Source: Gekko japonicus
Lineage: Eukaryota
Direction: 5' to 3'
Assembly: GCF_001447785.1 (NCBI RefSeq)
Contig: NW_015172125.1
Coordinates: 26,889-90,888, forward strand
Length of the DNA stretch: 64,000 bases
The notes below the pieces were generated by a model. That model was not told the origin of the DNA and did no database searches. It was given only the letters and a program-made list of their open reading frames with translations. Below are positions 61,298 through 64,000 of the stretch, piece by piece. How positions within the stretch are numbered: position 1 is the stretch's first letter; every line of letters starts with the position of its first letter. The position numbers and the translations under genes are program-made.

Positions 61298-61770
61298 GGC
61301 CGACACGGGCTGTTATCAGGAAGCTGCGTCGGGCCGGGAGGCGTCTCTCTGCTGGGGACTAAAGACAGGGTCGGTCACTGCCTTACGGGGAAACCACGCC
61401 GCTTGTTCCACCATCTTCCTTCCCTTGATGGATCCCTCGCTCGGCTTCCCCCTTCAAGCGGGTGCCGGTGCTACCATAGTGCCCTCTGGGAGCTGAAGTC
61501 CTCATCAACCCACCACGCCAAGCCAAAGCGCTTTTGTGACACCTGAAAGCTGGACTACGAGCCCCATGATGCTCCACGTCATCTCCGTGGTTTGCTGGGA
61601 AACGTGGTCCCAGTGATCAGGCACTCGGGAATGCCATGTGGGAGGTGGATGAACTACGATTCCCATTTGCCCAGGGCTGAAGTTTCACCGCCTTGGCGGG
61701 ATTAACTCACTCCCACGAGTTCTGCGACAGAACAGAATGTGGCTCACGCCTCCTAGTGACGAGTTAGCTT
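60690..61770 (-). promoter_or_regulatory. CpG-island promoter of IFRD2 with ZNF143/SBS-like motifs
   Basis: Dense CpG in an otherwise CpG-depleted background, spanning exon 1; ACTACnnnTCCCA-like motifs at 61553-61572, 61593-61610 (-) and 61652-61672; TGACGTGG on the - strand at 61574-61581. Confidence 0.8.
61246..61297 (-). CDS. IFRD2: IFRD2 coding exon 1 (MPRPRSRRGDAARRGGRG)
   Basis: GGCCATG within the CpG island; donor G|gtgagc; 52 nt. Confidence 0.85.
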
Positions 61771-62136
61771 CATTACAGGGGCCAGTACAGTTAAAACGTT
61801 GAAGTTCCCCAAACGTGGTGTTCGTTTTTTGGTTCTGTTATTCACAGTCTTGTACTTCCCAAAGTGAAAGGAACTCGAAACGACCATGGTTATTTCATGA
61901 CTGGATGGTCAGTACGTAGTCAGCCTGACAATCTTTCCTGCTCACAGGAGATAGCAACTGGTCGGCTATGACAATTTTGCCAACTTCAGGCTTGGAAATT
62001 CTTGGAGATTTAGGGGTGGAGCATGAAGCGGATAGGTGGGGGAATTCAGCAAGCTATAATGCCATAGAGTCTGCCTTATCAACGCCAAGGACTTCAGTAC
62101 TTTACCATAGCAAGCTATTTATTAAGTTCCCATAAC

Positions 62137-63500
62137 ACAGGCTGATGACACCCAGCTCTATCTGATGTTGGGCAGCCAGTCGGACTCCAGACCAGAAGAC
62201 CTGGATCAGGCTTTGCAGGCTGTGGCGGGTTGGCTCAGACTGAGTTGGCTGAAGCTGAATCCAGTGAAGACGGAGGTCCTGTACCTGAGTCAGGGCGGTT
62301 CGGGGGTGGGGATCCCACTTCCGACCTTTGGGGGACTCCATTGGTGCCAGTCCCGGAGGTTCAGAGTCTGGGTGTGCTCCTGGATTCCTCCCTTACTATG
62401 GAGGCCCAGGTAGCGGCCACTGCTAAGTCAGCCTTCTACCATTTTAGGCTGATTAGGCATCTGGTTCCCTTCCTTGACCGCACTGACCTGGCCACAGTGA
62501 TCTATACGATGGTTACCTCAAGACTCCACTACTGTAACATTCTCTACATGGGGCTGCCCTTTTCGCAGATCTGTAAGCTGCAGCTGGTGCAGAATGCTGC
62601 AGCCAGGCTGTTGATGGGTCTCCCTAGATGGGAACACATCCATCCTGTGCTGAGGACACTGCACTGGCTGCCAATAGCGTACCGAATCCGCTTCAAGGTG
62701 CTGGTTCTTACCTTTAAAGCCCTATATGGCCAGGGTCTGACATACCTATGGGACCGCCTTTCCCTGTATATACCACAGTCTGGGTCTCAAAATTTGTTGA
62801 CCCTCCCTGGCCTGAGGGAAGAAGAAGAGAAAAGATTGGATTTATACCCCGCCCTTCACTACCCAAAGGTGTCTCAGAGCGGCTTACAAACTCCTTTCCC
62901 TTCCCCTCTCCACAACAGACACCCTGTGAGGTAGGTGGGGCTGAGAGAACTCTTGACAGAAACTGCTCTTTTTCAAGAACAGCTGTGCCAGAGTTATGGC
63001 TTGCCCAAGGTCATCCAGCCAGGTGCAAGTGGAGGAGTGGGGAATCAAACCCAGTTCTCCCAGATTAGAGTCCGCACATTTAACCACTACACCAAACTGG
63101 CTCTTACCAAGCTAGCTATTACCAGGGCCGGAGCCTTTTCAGTAGCGGCCCCTACCTGGTGGAACGAGCTCCCGGAGGAGATCAGGGCCCAGCGGGACCT
63201 TTTGCAGTTCCACAGGGCCTGTAAAACGGAGCTCTTCCGCCAGGCATTTAATTAGGGGCCGCCGCTACTGCAGACCACTACTGCAGAGCTCTGATCTGTG
63301 GTTTCAACATCCAGCTGATTATGAGCAGAAACATTGTGGAATATCTGGGCAGTGGAAATTTACTGACAGTATACCATCTAGGTTAATTTTTAACTGCCAC
63401 CAGTACTTTGTATTTATATTGTTTTTAATTATGTGGTTAAATATTTGTGTAATTTTAATGTATATATCTTTTTATGGAAGCTGCCCTGAGCCCGCTTTGC
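62137..63500 (+). mobile_element. L2 LINE 3' part split by a SINE
   Basis: ADDTQLYL..., LQLVQNAAARLL, LHWLPIAYRIRFK; resumes at 63105 (KLAITRAGAFSVAAPTWWNELP). Confidence 0.92.
62818..63104 (-). mobile_element. Squam3-type tRNA/CORE SINE, full length
   Basis: Head AGAGCCAGTTTGGTGTAGTGG...GGTTTGATTCCCC; (TTC)n tail. Confidence 0.85.
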
Positions 63501-64000
63501 GTTTGCAAGATATTCCACTTTCAAATCTGTGACTGGGGCTAATGCTTCACTCAAGAGTTGCTTTAGATTCTTGCCTTTTAATTCTGGGACCCTTTGAAAT
63601 CGGAGGACCAAATTTGCTTTCTCCATTTGCAGCTGTAAAAGTTGTGATTCTTCCGAAGCTTCTTTCTTTTCCAGCTTTTGCACCTTTTTCTTACCTTTTT
63701 TAGTGTTGGCGTCCATTTCCTTCACCTTCTCAGCCGATTGCTCCGTCATTTTTAAAGTCTCAGTCAGTTGGAGCTGCTGAGTTGCAAGGTTCTGATTTAG
63801 AGTTGTCAGCTGTTGTTTGATGTTGGTCATCTGGTCCAGCAGAGGCGCAAGGAATCTGCCAACATTTTGGAGAACTCAGGGACCTCTTCCAGTTGAGGGC
63901 TCATGTTCCCCGCTGGTCTCACTTTTGCTAGTTTGTCTTTCTCTGCCCTCTTCCCCGCCATCTTTATGGATTGTTTACTTTTGTGAAAACGTGCTAAAGT
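63500..64000 (-). mobile_element. L1-type LINE ORF1 5' fragment (coiled coil plus start of RRM)
   Basis: ATG at 63961 (MAGKRAEK...), then a frameshift, heptad-rich TNIKQQLTTLNQNL...MEKANLVLRFQRVPE. Confidence 0.7.

Noticed and set aside
14907-63500. Inverted L2 copies at 14.9-16.2 kb and 62.1-63.5 kb as the cause of the LSMEM2-IFRD2 inversion
   Set aside because: They look like different subfamilies and ages, and L2 is abundant here, so coincidence is more likely.
1-64000. CRISPR array, operon or prokaryotic defence system
   Set aside because: The sequence is intron-containing vertebrate DNA with no repeat-spacer periodicity.

Overview
Vertebrate (squamate, most likely gecko) genomic DNA, not prokaryotic: spliced genes sit among L2/CR1/L1/Penelope retroelements, squamate SINEs and many hAT/Harbinger MITEs, with one 36-N gap (55990-56025). 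I reconstructed three genes by hand from GT-AG boundaries with consistent phases. (1) HYAL3-type hyaluronidase, + strand, 3 coding exons 2382-3302/8280-8369/10693-11121, 479 aa, catalytic DWE intact, ~51-aa C-terminal tail. (2) LSMEM2, + strand, 4 coding exons ~22306-27398, ~191 aa, N-terminus uncertain. (3) IFRD2, - strand, 12 coding exons 61297->30240, 439 aa, CpG-island promoter at ~60.7-61.8 kb, 19-kb first intron. This is the orthologue of the human 3p21.3 HYAL3-IFRD2-LSMEM2 cluster, but the LSMEM2-IFRD2 block is inverted relative to HYAL3 compared with human. I see no convincing wholly new biological system. The best leads are a HYAL3 that keeps canonical active-enzyme residues plus a novel tail, an in-frame uORF ahead of IFRD2, a chimeric Sauria-headed SINE, long intronic hairpins, and several dateable nested transposon stacks. 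Gene and repeat names come from remembered sequences, not from database searches.
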